From Planctomycetota bacterium (GTDB lineage: Bacteria; Planctomycetota; UBA8108; SXIK01): DNA of 64,000 nucleotides. The stretch is from the NCBI GenBank assembly GCA_965223265.1, contig OZ244999.1, positions 3,488,001-3,552,000 of the forward strand, read 5' to 3'. Below the pieces are notes generated by a model. It searched no databases. It was not told where the DNA came from and worked only from the letters and a program-made list of their open reading frames with translations. Numbering within the stretch: the first letter of the stretch is position 1; each line of letters starts with the position of its first letter. Below, in pieces: positions 11,001 to 19,819 of this stretch. A program made the position numbers and the translations under genes.

Positions 11001-13523
11001 CCCCACGAGTTGATCGTAAAGCTCGACGGGAAAGCGGTCGGGGAACTCGGCAGCGAGGAACTGTTGGTGAAGAGGATAGCGCTGCACGTTGTGAAAGAGC
11101 GTCGGCACGAGCGTGTCGTCGTCGCTGTCGACTCGGGCGATGTACTTGGTGAGTCGCCGAATGTTGCCTCCTCGAACCGAGCGGATCGACAATTCGTGGA
11201 AGTCGAGCGGGGTGCAGATCGTTTCACGGAACGCCACTCCAACGCGGTCGGCGTTTTGGTTGTCGAAGATGGTGACGTCGAGGGAGGAATGGTTCGTCGA
11301 AATGATGTCCTCGTCCCCGTCACCGTCGAGGTCGCCGACGACCGCAAAGCGCGGGTTGTCGCCAGTGCTCAACTGGCGCGTTGGAACGAAGCGGCCGGCC
11401 CCCGTGTTCATGAGAAGCGTCAAGGCGTCGAGCGCACGGTCGGCGGTGAGAAGATCCTGCAGGCCGTCGCCGTTGAAGTCACCTTCCACCATCGAGTACG
11501 GCGGCAGATTGGTCTTCACTGATTGCCGCAAGGTGAAACTACCTGACGCATCGTTCTCAAGAAACGAGACGCCATCTGCAGATTCGCTTGAGGTGACGAG
11601 GTCGAGGTCGCCATCGCTATCGTAATCGAAGGCGTAGACGAACTGCGGTGGATCGACATCGTAATCAACGCGCGGACTCAAACGCCGTTCGCCCAAATTC
11701 AAAAAAACCGATACTTGGGCCGACCCCGCGTTCGAAACGGCGAGATCTTCGTCGCCGTCAAGGTCGTAGTCTCCTACAGCGATCGAAGTCGGATTGCTGC
11801 GCACTGGCGTTGTCACTTCATCTTCGAACGTCGTGTCGCGCTTGTTGTAATAGATGCCCATCGTGCTCGTGCCGGTACTTGTGGTGACGATGTCCTGAAA
11901 CCCGTCGAGGTCGATGTCGGCAGTGGTGACGTAGAAACCGCGCTCGCTGGCGTCGTAGTTTCGCGTCGGAGTAAAGGTGCCGTCGCCGTTGTTGAGCGCG
12001 ACCACCAGGAGGCTGTTCGTCGCCAGGCCGCCGCGCGACGCTTCGACACTTGTGAGGTCGATGTCGCCATCATTGTCCAAGTCGGCTGCAGCCAACGACC
12101 ACATGCCTCGGGCGTCTGGCATCGGAGTGAACTCGACGGCACCCAGGGAACCAGCCCCGTCGTTGCGCATCAGCGCGATCCTGCCGCCACCATCGATCAT
12201 GGCGAGGTCGAGGTCGCCGTCGGCGTCGAAGTCTTCAAGCTGCGTCGAGTGTGGACGAATGTTGACTAGGATTCTCTCTTTCTCTACCAGAGACACCAGC
12301 GGTCCGCCGCGAAGGTCGCCGTTCCAGAAGAGGTTCGCAGTCGGGCGACCGAAGAGTGTGACAAGAATCTCGTCGTCCCCGTCGCCGTCCATGTCCGTCG
12401 AAACGAGGGCCGTAGGCAACACGAGGATCGGCAGCTTCTGCGTAGTGACGAACGTCCCATCGCCGCTGTTGACGATGGCGATCACCCCCCGCGGCGATTG
12501 AAACCCACCGATCAGATCGAGATCGCCGTCGGCGTCGAAGTCCGACGCCGCGACCGCACTGGGGCGCTCCGCAGGCAGGGGCACGCTCGAGGTGGCGGGA
12601 GAACCATTCGCGGAGCCGCTCAAAATCGTCAAGCCGTCTTCGGTCAGCACGGCGATGTCTTCGATCCCATCCGCGTTGAGGTCCGCCGCGGTGAACACCT
12701 GGGGACGTGATGGGAGATCAACGGTCGTTCCTTGGAGCGGCATCCCGTCCGTGCTACCGAACAGAATCGTGATGTTGCGGCTGTCGCGGTTGATCGTGAT
12801 AACGTCTTCGAGATCGTTGGCATCGAGATCAGCCACAAGGACTGCCACTGGGTTGTCGCCAACATCGAATTCCAGCGGCGCAGCCCAAACGCGTGTCGGT
12901 GTGCCGAAATAGACGGAAACGGTATCGGCGCGGCGATTGGTGACGATGAGCTCGCTGGCACCGTCGCCGTCGAGGTCAGCAGCCGCAAGCGCCAAGACCC
13001 CAGGAGGTGTCGCGAGCTGCGAAGGAGGCTCAAACGTTCCATCACCATTGCCGTACAGGATTACGAGCCCGCCGACATCGACCATGATGAGGTCGAGATT
13101 CCCATCACCGTCGAGATCGGCGCTCTTCCATACCTCGGAGCGTCCCTCGACGTTGTAGTCGAGACGGCGAAAGTCCTCAGGGGCCCGGAGACCATCGCTA
13201 CCTGCCGTTTCGCTGGTGAGGAGCAGCGAAACACCTTCGCCGTGTCCCACAGCGACGTCGAGCAAGCCGTCGGAGTCGAAATCTCCGAGAGTCATATCCG
13301 ACGTGAAGTCGGCCACTTCGTAATCACTGAGACTCCCAAAGGCATGCGGCATCGCCTCACACTCATCGGGAATCTCATTCGAGTTGCAGTCGCTACTGGA
13401 CGTGCCGAGATCTTCGGCGTCCTCCCGGCCGTTCAAGTTGCAATCCAGAGCCGTTGCCGTCCGCGCTGAGAGTAAAGCGGACGCAAGGACGAGCACGACG
13501 AGACAAAAATAGTGAGCTTTCAT
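8100..13523 (-). CDS. Large secreted protein: FG-GAP/VCBS repeats + phospho-His (PEP-utiliser mobile-like) domain + PPDK-type ATP-grasp domain + dockerin-like tail
   Basis: Signal MKAHYFCLVVLVLASALLSARTATA; many D(F/L)DxDGxxDL repeats; SDLSHLSVRTARRGTP; WGGKATN, RFRSSSNAED..GAGLYDS, RVWAS, DLEFKI, KQVRP; FRRGDVNEDERVNLSDA. Confidence 0.85.
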   Translation of the reverse strand: MKAHYFCLVVLVLASALLSARTATALDCNLNGREDAEDLGTSSSDCNSNEIPDECEAMPHAFGSLSDYEVADFTSDMTLGDFDSDGLLDVAVGHGEGVSLLLTSETAGSDGLRAPEDFRRLDYNVEGRSEVWKSADLDGDGNLDLIMVDVGGLVILYGNGDGTFEPPSQLATPPGVLALAAADLDGDGASELIVTNRRADTVSVYFGTPTRVWAAPLEFDVGDNPVAVLVADLDANDLEDVITINRDSRNITILFGSTDGMPLQGTTVDLPSRPQVFTAADLNADGIEDIAVLTEDGLTILSGSANGSPATSSVPLPAERPSAVAASDFDADGDLDLIGGFQSPRGVIAIVNSGDGTFVTTQKLPILVLPTALVSTDMDGDGDDEILVTLFGRPTANLFWNGDLRGGPLVSLVEKERILVNIRPHSTQLEDFDADGDLDLAMIDGGGRIALMRNDGAGSLGAVEFTPMPDARGMWSLAAADLDNDGDIDLTSVEASRGGLATNSLLVVALNNGDGTFTPTRNYDASERGFYVTTADIDLDGFQDIVTTSTGTSTMGIYYNKRDTTFEDEVTTPVRSNPTSIAVGDYDLDGDEDLAVSNAGSAQVSVFLNLGERRLSPRVDYDVDPPQFVYAFDYDSDGDLDLVTSSESADGVSFLENDASGSFTLRQSVKTNLPPYSMVEGDFNGDGLQDLLTADRALDALTLLMNTGAGRFVPTRQLSTGDNPRFAVVGDLDGDGDEDIISTNHSSLDVTIFDNQNADRVGVAFRETICTPLDFHELSIRSVRGGNIRRLTKYIARVDSDDDTLVPTLFHNVQRYPLHQQFLAAEFPDRFPVELYDQLVGLRAGRKYFSGIVFLLDTPDGPLYGYNVLTNFEADAAELPTFEEVRGVHEELEAKFSLRPLAYFPDAALTRESAAEWPDTSFVYFDDGSSTPQFEAYTLGVAFGRVRLHTRESFEEANDSGRIGFQDVVVLDHAPRDIEGVVAAVLTAERQSDLSHLSVRTARRGTPNAFASDLFDRFAEFADTLVRVEVTSATIIVRSATIEEAEEWWQSSRPQLSVLPTIDVDYARLDSLVEVDIGLVDPTPESRWGGKATNMARLQTILVDQHAQYSERGFAIPMRHYLNFLRANTVVSPRSGAQVTYEQLIAELETWPEFQSDSALRFAVLDELRDHMRDESTVDASLVADLVRRIDEVFGTTRTAVRFRSSSNAEDALEFNGAGLYDSTSVCAADTLDADDRGPSHCDPTKSNERSVERALRRVWASNWNFRAYEERAFFGMPQEQTAMGILVSRAFLDERVNGVVLTGNPNDPFDGRYIVTAQVGEESVVSPEPGVIAETNLLSVEAGEVRQIIRQQPSTLVEPGEHVLSDEQLQELGALVWHIDRELPIDTGDFPRLQVLLDLEFKIERNGDLAVKQVRPFLRNVDIPPTPTFTLEVPAETIVCGVFVHSRGNLTALELKSQIHLTPQNLALPTTANSLTANLFDQVLLGPDSAPATPLEDGNLRLVRTPRGETTEYRFRYEQRYQLASGEEFTIELQNLEYLARGEDVLRGGRIVFDEEYVTRQLSMQGASDLVITYSSCTYELLPLWSIEVSLTDGSSFRLLERHEPPIDIDQTGPAALVLAELDLAGAERDVIDYWDLVYAASRHNLGVSYWAVLDPPLRVAGLESPVAVVEINAADEILGTAASVRYLNGSFQELASPAVATFSRESAPAPIVARFRRGDVNEDERVNLSDAVITLDLLFRGRGRPGCWKSADANGDGRIDLADPLRTLLHLFAGAEPLPAPFESCGEAPAEAAHDHLTCRRSQCP

Positions 13524-13629
13524 GCGGCACTCGGGGGAGTCGACAGTGGAAAAGACCCCTTCGATTCTCGAGCAGCCACCTGCCAGGCGCAAGGGGATTC
13601 GTCGTATTCGAGAACGCCCGAGCGCAGCG

Positions 13630-14811
13630 TCAAAGCTCCGTGATCGCGGCGTGCGCGAGAGTCCCAAACGTATGGTGAATCCGCGCCGCATCGCCGTGAA
13701 TAGCGGAGATTGCAGGTGCGGTTGCTAGCATGCTGGTCAGGAAGACCGTCACTAAGTCATAGGCGGGATCGACGATCGCGCGCATGCTCAGAAGGCCACC
13801 GTGAAAGAAGGCGCGGGGGCTCATGAAGTCAGACCCTCGGCAGAGATTCTGGCCGCGAACCATCCAGCCGAGCCCTTTGCTAAGGTGGACGAATTGATCC
13901 GCTGCCGGCGCTGACAGACGTTCCGCCGTTTCTGTCCACGCAAATTGCGGTTCGGTCATGCGCTCCAGCGTCACAGGCGACAGGATGCGCTCGCTACCGA
14001 AGGCCCCTCCGTTGAGCGCGGTCTGGCAGAAAACGGCAACATCGTCGGCGGTTGAATACGCTCCGATGTCGCCGCGATTCATGCTTAGAAATGCGTCGCA
14101 ATTCAGCTCCTCAGATTGGACGAGGGTTTCGCCAGCCGATTCGAAAAGCGGCACGACCTGCTCCCGCCATGCCGCCTCGTAGCCGAAATGGGTGTTACTC
14201 ATCTCTAGCGGATCGAAGATTTCACGTCGCGCCAACCTCTCCAGATCGGAACCTGTCAACTGGCGCAGAAGCTCCGCCAACACAATAAATCCCCACGTGC
14301 AGTAACTGCACCTACTTCCTGGTGCGCTGAAAAGCGGCGACGCATAGATCTCCTTCAGCCAGTCCTCGTTCGACTTCACCGCCGTCAGCGGCGAGGATAG
14401 CTCGTCCGGCAGGCCGGAGGCATGGCAAAGCAAATGGCGCACCGTGACCTGATCCTTACCCCACTGTCCAAATCGCGGCAGATACTCAGCGATGGGGCGA
14501 TCCAGCGCTAACGTGCCACGTTCGATTTGCTGCATGATCAGCGTCGCCACGAAAACCTTGGTGAATGACGCCAAATAGAAGAGAGGCGGAGTTGGTAGCG
14601 TCAGCCCTGCATCCGACAGCAGAGGACTGACATGCTGACTGCGCAGCACAACGACCCCACGACGAGCGACGACGAGGTCGATCACGGGGAGTGCGTTCGC
14701 GGCCACAATCCCATCCGCCCAGGCACGGACAGCATCGACGCGGTCCGCGCACATCCCGACGTCTTCCGGGCAGCCTGGTCGAAGTCCTGGATCAGGTTTC
14801 CTTGGGGTCAA
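13630..14811 (-). CDS. Serine hydrolase, beta-lactamase family (class C/esterase-like)
   Basis: LASFTK (SxxK), TVRHLLCHASGL, PGSRCSYCT, FFHGG; no signal peptide evident. Confidence 0.85.
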   Translation of the reverse strand: MTPRKPDPGLRPGCPEDVGMCADRVDAVRAWADGIVAANALPVIDLVVARRGVVVLRSQHVSPLLSDAGLTLPTPPLFYLASFTKVFVATLIMQQIERGTLALDRPIAEYLPRFGQWGKDQVTVRHLLCHASGLPDELSSPLTAVKSNEDWLKEIYASPLFSAPGSRCSYCTWGFIVLAELLRQLTGSDLERLARREIFDPLEMSNTHFGYEAAWREQVVPLFESAGETLVQSEELNCDAFLSMNRGDIGAYSTADDVAVFCQTALNGGAFGSERILSPVTLERMTEPQFAWTETAERLSAPAADQFVHLSKGLGWMVRGQNLCRGSDFMSPRAFFHGGLLSMRAIVDPAYDLVTVFLTSMLATAPAISAIHGDAARIHHTFGTLAHAAITEL

Positions 14812-14848
14812 GGCGATTCCTCACGCGTTCGTGTTTGGGTCATCCGAG

Positions 14849-16258
14849 CTATTCGCCGATCAACTCCTCAAGATCCTCACGGGAGACGGTGAACACGTCC
14901 ATGTCTTTGCTGAACGCGCCAAGGCTGACCAGGCACTCGGTGAAGAGCTCACGAGTGTGAAGCTCCAGCTCCTGCATGCCCATGTCGGTCATACACCGGA
15001 TGATGTCTTGTCCCTTGCGGACGTGCGTCTTCTCGTCAGCTCGAATAAAGTCGGCAATGTGAGCGAGCAGTGCATCGTCTCGCTTGCGTGCCTCATCGAT
15101 GAATCCGCCGATTGTCTTGAGCACTCCGACTTCGCCGAACAGGTTGATTTCGGCCATTGCGGGCGCCGGATCCATGGGGCCGCGGCACGTCGAGCCAGTT
15201 AGGCGATTCGGCAGTTCGAAGGGATCGTAGCCCATGGCCTGCAGAGTCTGGTGGCCGATTTCGGTGTGGCGAGCCTCGTCCCACGTGATGCGTGCCAAGT
15301 GATACTCCGCCATGAAGTCCTTGAAGCGGATATCCCATAGAAACGTACCGAAGGCTTCGATCGCATCGATCTCGTCGCGCTGCGTGCGGACAAAACGAAG
15401 GCGCGTGTTTTCGTAGCTCTCTTTGGGAAAGCGGGCTTCGCCATCGCCGACGTCGTAGTCGCCGGTGTTTTTGAATGTCTCGAATCGATCATCTCGGAGC
15501 GGCACGGTCCCACGTTCGAATGGCTGTTCCTTATGACGCAGGGGCGATGGGGTTTCGTTACGTGTCTCGGCGCCTGTGGCGCCACCGATGCTGCCGAGCA
15601 GGCGCTGAAGATGCCATCGCCAGCGGCTAAGGGGTGTTGGCTCGACACCTCCATCGACGTAAGCTTCGAGGGCGCTCTCAGCCCATTCGAGCATCGGTTC
15701 ATAGTCGAGTAAGACGCGCTTGAGCAAGCGGATCGTTGGCGCGTCCGTCATCGAATCGGTGTCATCGATGTGGTGCTGATACGCCACGCTGAGGCTCTTG
15801 CCGGCTACCTGATGCACACCGACCAACAACTCTGCTGCGTTCTCAGCGCTCAACAGCTCTTCGATGAAAGCATCGATGTCCGCATCGCGAAACGTATCGA
15901 TCTTTTTGGGAGACATCCCTTGTTCTGTCAGCCGTTCGCGCAAGTGGTAAGCCGCATCGGCATGAAAGAAGATGTGGCGACCAGTCTCTACCAAGACTTC
16001 AAACTCCGGAATCGACAAGGTCCACGCGCCGAGCGCTTGTGCCAAGCGTCGCTCGAAGTAGAAGAACCGTAAGATCCTGCGCGCGTTCTCCTCAACGCTG
16101 AACTGTCCGCCCAGGTGGCGGCGATCGTGTGGAAAACGAAACGGGAACTGCCGACGTCGCTCTTTGGCGAGACGACGTGCCGCCGGATAGGAGACGACGC
16201 GAAACTCACCGCTGCGTGCGGGTGAGTCCGGGACGCGCTCGCTGTGCGCTTCAGCCAT
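14849..16258 (-). CDS. Tandem ferritin-like / DUF455-like di-iron protein
   Basis: C-terminal helical bundle with E (DEIDAIE), WDEARH, E (GEVG), ADEKTHVRKG; N-terminal degenerate ferritin-like bundle. Confidence 0.7.
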   Translation of the reverse strand: MAEAHSERVPDSPARSGEFRVVSYPAARRLAKERRRQFPFRFPHDRRHLGGQFSVEENARRILRFFYFERRLAQALGAWTLSIPEFEVLVETGRHIFFHADAAYHLRERLTEQGMSPKKIDTFRDADIDAFIEELLSAENAAELLVGVHQVAGKSLSVAYQHHIDDTDSMTDAPTIRLLKRVLLDYEPMLEWAESALEAYVDGGVEPTPLSRWRWHLQRLLGSIGGATGAETRNETPSPLRHKEQPFERGTVPLRDDRFETFKNTGDYDVGDGEARFPKESYENTRLRFVRTQRDEIDAIEAFGTFLWDIRFKDFMAEYHLARITWDEARHTEIGHQTLQAMGYDPFELPNRLTGSTCRGPMDPAPAMAEINLFGEVGVLKTIGGFIDEARKRDDALLAHIADFIRADEKTHVRKGQDIIRCMTDMGMQELELHTRELFTECLVSLGAFSKDMDVFTVSREDLEELIGE

Positions 16259-16372
16259 GATGTGCTATCTCTCCAGCAAGTTGGACGATGACGGAGCCGG
16301 ACGAATGATCCAGTGTAAGTGAGCGGCCATACGGGAGCAAGAATCGCAACCTGCCACGGCTTCGTTCAGGAT

Positions 16373-16421
16373 GGCGCACGGCGCCTTCGACAGCCGGTGG
16401 CGTTCGAAGGCGCCGTGCGCC
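16373..16421 (-). terminator. 18-bp perfect-stem hairpin downstream of aceA
   Basis: GGCGCACGGCGCCTTCGA / TCGAAGGCGCCGTGCGCC with 13-nt loop; no clear U-tract. Confidence 0.6.
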
Positions 16422-16450
16422 TGGTTGCAGAGGTAAGAGTGGGAGGGCCT

Positions 16451-17734
16451 CTACGGTGCTGAGAACTGCTCTTCTTCCGTCGAGCCGGTAAGCGCCGTCG
16501 TCGACGTTGATCCGCCACTTAGAGTCGTCAGAACGTCGTCAAAAAATCCGGTTCCGACCTCACGCTGGTGCTTTGTCGCCGTATAGCCGGCCTCCTCCAG
16601 TGAGAACTCCGCTTCCTGAAGTTCGACGTAGGCGGGCATGCCGACAGCGGCGTAGGAACGTGCCAGGCTGAACATGGATTTGTTGAGGGAATGGAAGCCG
16701 GCCAAAGTGATGAACTGGAATTTGTATCCTAGCGAACCAAGTTCATCCTGGAACTGCGCGATCGTGTCGTCGGAGAGGTGGCGGCGCCAGTTGAATGACG
16801 GTGAACAGTTGTATGCGAGCAACTTGCCAGGGAACTTCGCATGGATTGCCTGGGCGAACTCACGAGCCTCGCCGAGATCAGGCTTCGAAGTTTCGCACCA
16901 AATGACATCGGCAAACGGTGCGTAGGACAGCCCGCGTGCGATCGCCGACTCAAGTCCCGAATGAATGCGGAAGAAACCCTCAGGAGTGCGCTCGCCGGTG
17001 AGGAATTCCCGATCCCGGGCGTCGTGATCACTTGTGAGCAACTTAGCGGCCTGCGCGTCAGTTCGGGCGACGAGCAGTGTCGGTACGCCCAAAACGTCGG
17101 CAGCGAGTCGCGCCGCTGCGAGCGTACGGGTGAACTGCTGCGTTGGCACGAGCACCTTCCCGCCCAAGTGGCCACACTTCTTTTCCGACGAAAGCTGGTC
17201 TTCGAAGTGAACCGCGGCCGCGCCGGCCTCGATCATCGCCTTCATGAGTTCGTACGCATTGAGAGGGCCGCCGAAACCGGCCTCGGCGTCGGCAACGATG
17301 GGAACGAACCAATCGATATCGTGATTTCCTTCACCAAAATGGATCTGGTCAGCGCGCGTGAGTGCCTGATTGATGCGACGTACGTGCTGCGGCACACTGT
17401 TCGCCGGATAGAGACTCTGGTCAGGGTAGACGTGTCCAGAGAGGTTCGCGTCGGCAGCAACCTGCCAACCGCTGACGTAGATCGCTTTGAGGCCAGCCTT
17501 CACCATCTGGATGGCCTGGTTGCCGGTGACCGCGCCGAGCGCACGGACAAACGCCGTGTTGTGCATCGCATCCCAGAGTTTTGCAGCACCACGACTTGCC
17601 AATGTGTGCTCGACGTCAATCGAGCCACGAAGCCGGATGACGTCCTCCGGGGAATAGTGTCGTTCGATGCCCTTCCAACGTCCGTCGTTCTCCCATGATT
17701 GGCGAATTCGTTCTGTCCGTTCGTTGCTCGACAT
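16451..17734 (-). CDS. aceA: Isocitrate lyase
   Basis: [13 protein letters not shown] catalytic motif, [31 protein letters not shown]. Confidence 0.97.
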   Translation of the reverse strand: MSSNERTERIRQSWENDGRWKGIERHYSPEDVIRLRGSIDVEHTLASRGAAKLWDAMHNTAFVRALGAVTGNQAIQMVKAGLKAIYVSGWQVAADANLSGHVYPDQSLYPANSVPQHVRRINQALTRADQIHFGEGNHDIDWFVPIVADAEAGFGGPLNAYELMKAMIEAGAAAVHFEDQLSSEKKCGHLGGKVLVPTQQFTRTLAAARLAADVLGVPTLLVARTDAQAAKLLTSDHDARDREFLTGERTPEGFFRIHSGLESAIARGLSYAPFADVIWCETSKPDLGEAREFAQAIHAKFPGKLLAYNCSPSFNWRRHLSDDTIAQFQDELGSLGYKFQFITLAGFHSLNKSMFSLARSYAAVGMPAYVELQEAEFSLEEAGYTATKHQREVGTGFFDDVLTTLSGGSTSTTALTGSTEEEQFSAP

Positions 17735-19354
17735 TTAGACCTCCGACGGTTGAGTGTTCGACGGGAATTCAGTGGTGATTTGTTCGTAGGCAGGTAGCGT
17801 GAGGAAATCGGCGAAGTCTCCGCCAGTGATCAAGCGACGGACGAGATCGGACGCGTCAGCAAGATTCGAACTGTCAACGGTCGTGCTGAGAGCGTTCACC
17901 TCCTCGTCGAGCCACGCAAGGCAAAGCTCTCGATTGATCTCGCGTCCGTCTTCGAGGTGAATGCCAGCGTGTCGAATCCACTGCCACACCTGGGCTCGTG
18001 AGATTTCGGCCGTCGCTGCGTCCTCCATCAGATGGTTGATTGCGGCACAGCCAACTCCGTCGAGCCAAGCCGCCGTGTACTGCACCGCAACGCGCAGGTT
18101 AGTTCGCAGTCCTTTCTCCGTGATCGGTCCAGACGGAACTTCGAGAAGATCTGCGGTGCCTACCGTGACGTCGTCGAGGGTGATATGCAGTTGGTGCACC
18201 GATTCCATGTGCCGGTCGAAAATCTCGCGCGCCACGGGGACCAGCCCCGGATGAGCGACCCATGTCCCGTCGTGACCGTCTTGTACTTCACGAAGTTTGT
18301 CGTTTCGGACCTTGTTCATCGCTGCCTCATTGGCTGAGGCGTCGTTCTTGATCGGGATCTGTGCGGCCATCCCGCCGATCGCGTGGGCGCCACGTCGATG
18401 GCACGTCTTGATCAGGAGGCGGGAATAGCTGCGAAGAAAGTGAGTCTCCATGGTCACCGCAGCGCGGTCTGGCAAGACGAACATGCGGTCGTGACGGAAT
18501 TTCTTGATGACGCTGAAAATGTAGTCCCAGCGACCGCAGTTGAGCCCGGCGGAGTGGTTTCGCAGCTCGAAGAGAATCTCGTCCATCTCGAATGCAGCCG
18601 TGATCGTCTCGATGAGCACGGTCGCCTTGATGGTGCCGAGGGGAATGTTGAGGAGTCTCTGGGCCTCGACAAAGATGTCATTCCAAAGCCGAGCCTCTAA
18701 GTGACTCTCCAGTTTTGGGAGATAGAAGTAGGGCCCTGTCCCGTTCGCGATCAGATTGTGAGCGTTATGAAAGAAGAACAGGCCGAAATCGAAGAGCGAG
18801 GCGGAGCAGCGGGCCCCGTCGATCAAGACGTGGTTTTCCTCCAAATGGAAGCCTCGTGGACGGACGACGAGCGTCGCCGTCTCGGGCGCCAAGACGTACT
18901 GCTTGCCGTTTGCGTTCTCGAAGGAGATGGTGCCGCGGACCGCGTCTCGGAGATTCACCTGGCCGGCAACGACGTTGTCCCACGTCGGGGACGTCGAGTC
19001 CTCAAAGTCCGCCATGAAGACGTTGGCGCCGGAATTCAGGGCATTAATCACCATCTTCCGGTCGACAGGCCCGGTGATTTCGACGCGGCGGTCGTGAAGA
19101 TCTCCAGGAACGGGGTCGATGCGCCACTCAGCATTTCGAACGTGTTCGGTCGACGCGAGAAAGTCCGGTCGTTCACCGGCGTCGAAGGCGTCCTGCCGCG
19201 CGGCGCGATCCGCAAGTAGCTCATGTCGCCGGCCGCGAAATCGTCGCTCTAAATCGACAAGGAAAGAGATCGCCTGCGGGGTGAGGATCTCTTCGCTGAG
19301 CTTCACCGAGCTTGGCGCGATCATTACGCGTTGGTTGGAAAACTCGTGATTCAT
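17735..19354 (-). CDS. aceB: Malate synthase A
   Basis: [72 protein letters not shown]. Confidence 0.97.
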   Translation of the reverse strand: MNHEFSNQRVMIAPSSVKLSEEILTPQAISFLVDLERRFRGRRHELLADRAARQDAFDAGERPDFLASTEHVRNAEWRIDPVPGDLHDRRVEITGPVDRKMVINALNSGANVFMADFEDSTSPTWDNVVAGQVNLRDAVRGTISFENANGKQYVLAPETATLVVRPRGFHLEENHVLIDGARCSASLFDFGLFFFHNAHNLIANGTGPYFYLPKLESHLEARLWNDIFVEAQRLLNIPLGTIKATVLIETITAAFEMDEILFELRNHSAGLNCGRWDYIFSVIKKFRHDRMFVLPDRAAVTMETHFLRSYSRLLIKTCHRRGAHAIGGMAAQIPIKNDASANEAAMNKVRNDKLREVQDGHDGTWVAHPGLVPVAREIFDRHMESVHQLHITLDDVTVGTADLLEVPSGPITEKGLRTNLRVAVQYTAAWLDGVGCAAINHLMEDAATAEISRAQVWQWIRHAGIHLEDGREINRELCLAWLDEEVNALSTTVDSSNLADASDLVRRLITGGDFADFLTLPAYEQITTEFPSNTQPSEV

Positions 19355-19819
19355 GGTGCCTCGCTGGTACGCGTCTTCGGCCGTGCAGCGAGGAGGATCA
19401 CTCGAGCTCGGTCGAATGCAGTGGCGAAAGAGGTTTGTAAGACATCAGAGGCAACTTCGGTGCCGGTCAGCTCCATCTGTGTACAAGGGGCGGAGATCAC
19501 GACACTTATTCGAACGATGCGACGACCACGAAGTGTCCAAATTCGCGACATATCGACCGCTCGCGCGCCCAACGCGGAAAGACTTCTTCACACCGCAGAT
19601 GTTGGCGATCGATAGACACCAGCAAAGCCGTGCTTCTGCATCTGGAGTTCGACGGCCCGGTGAGCTAAGATCTGTCCCGTGTCTGAAAGTCACGCGACAG
19701 CGTGATCGAGGTTGAAAGGAAAATAGACAGCTGCGACAGTCCGCGCCAAGGCGGGAACGTCGAATGTCGCTTGTCTGATCCACACTCCAGCGTACAAGTT
19801 GCTGTACACGAGGTATCCC

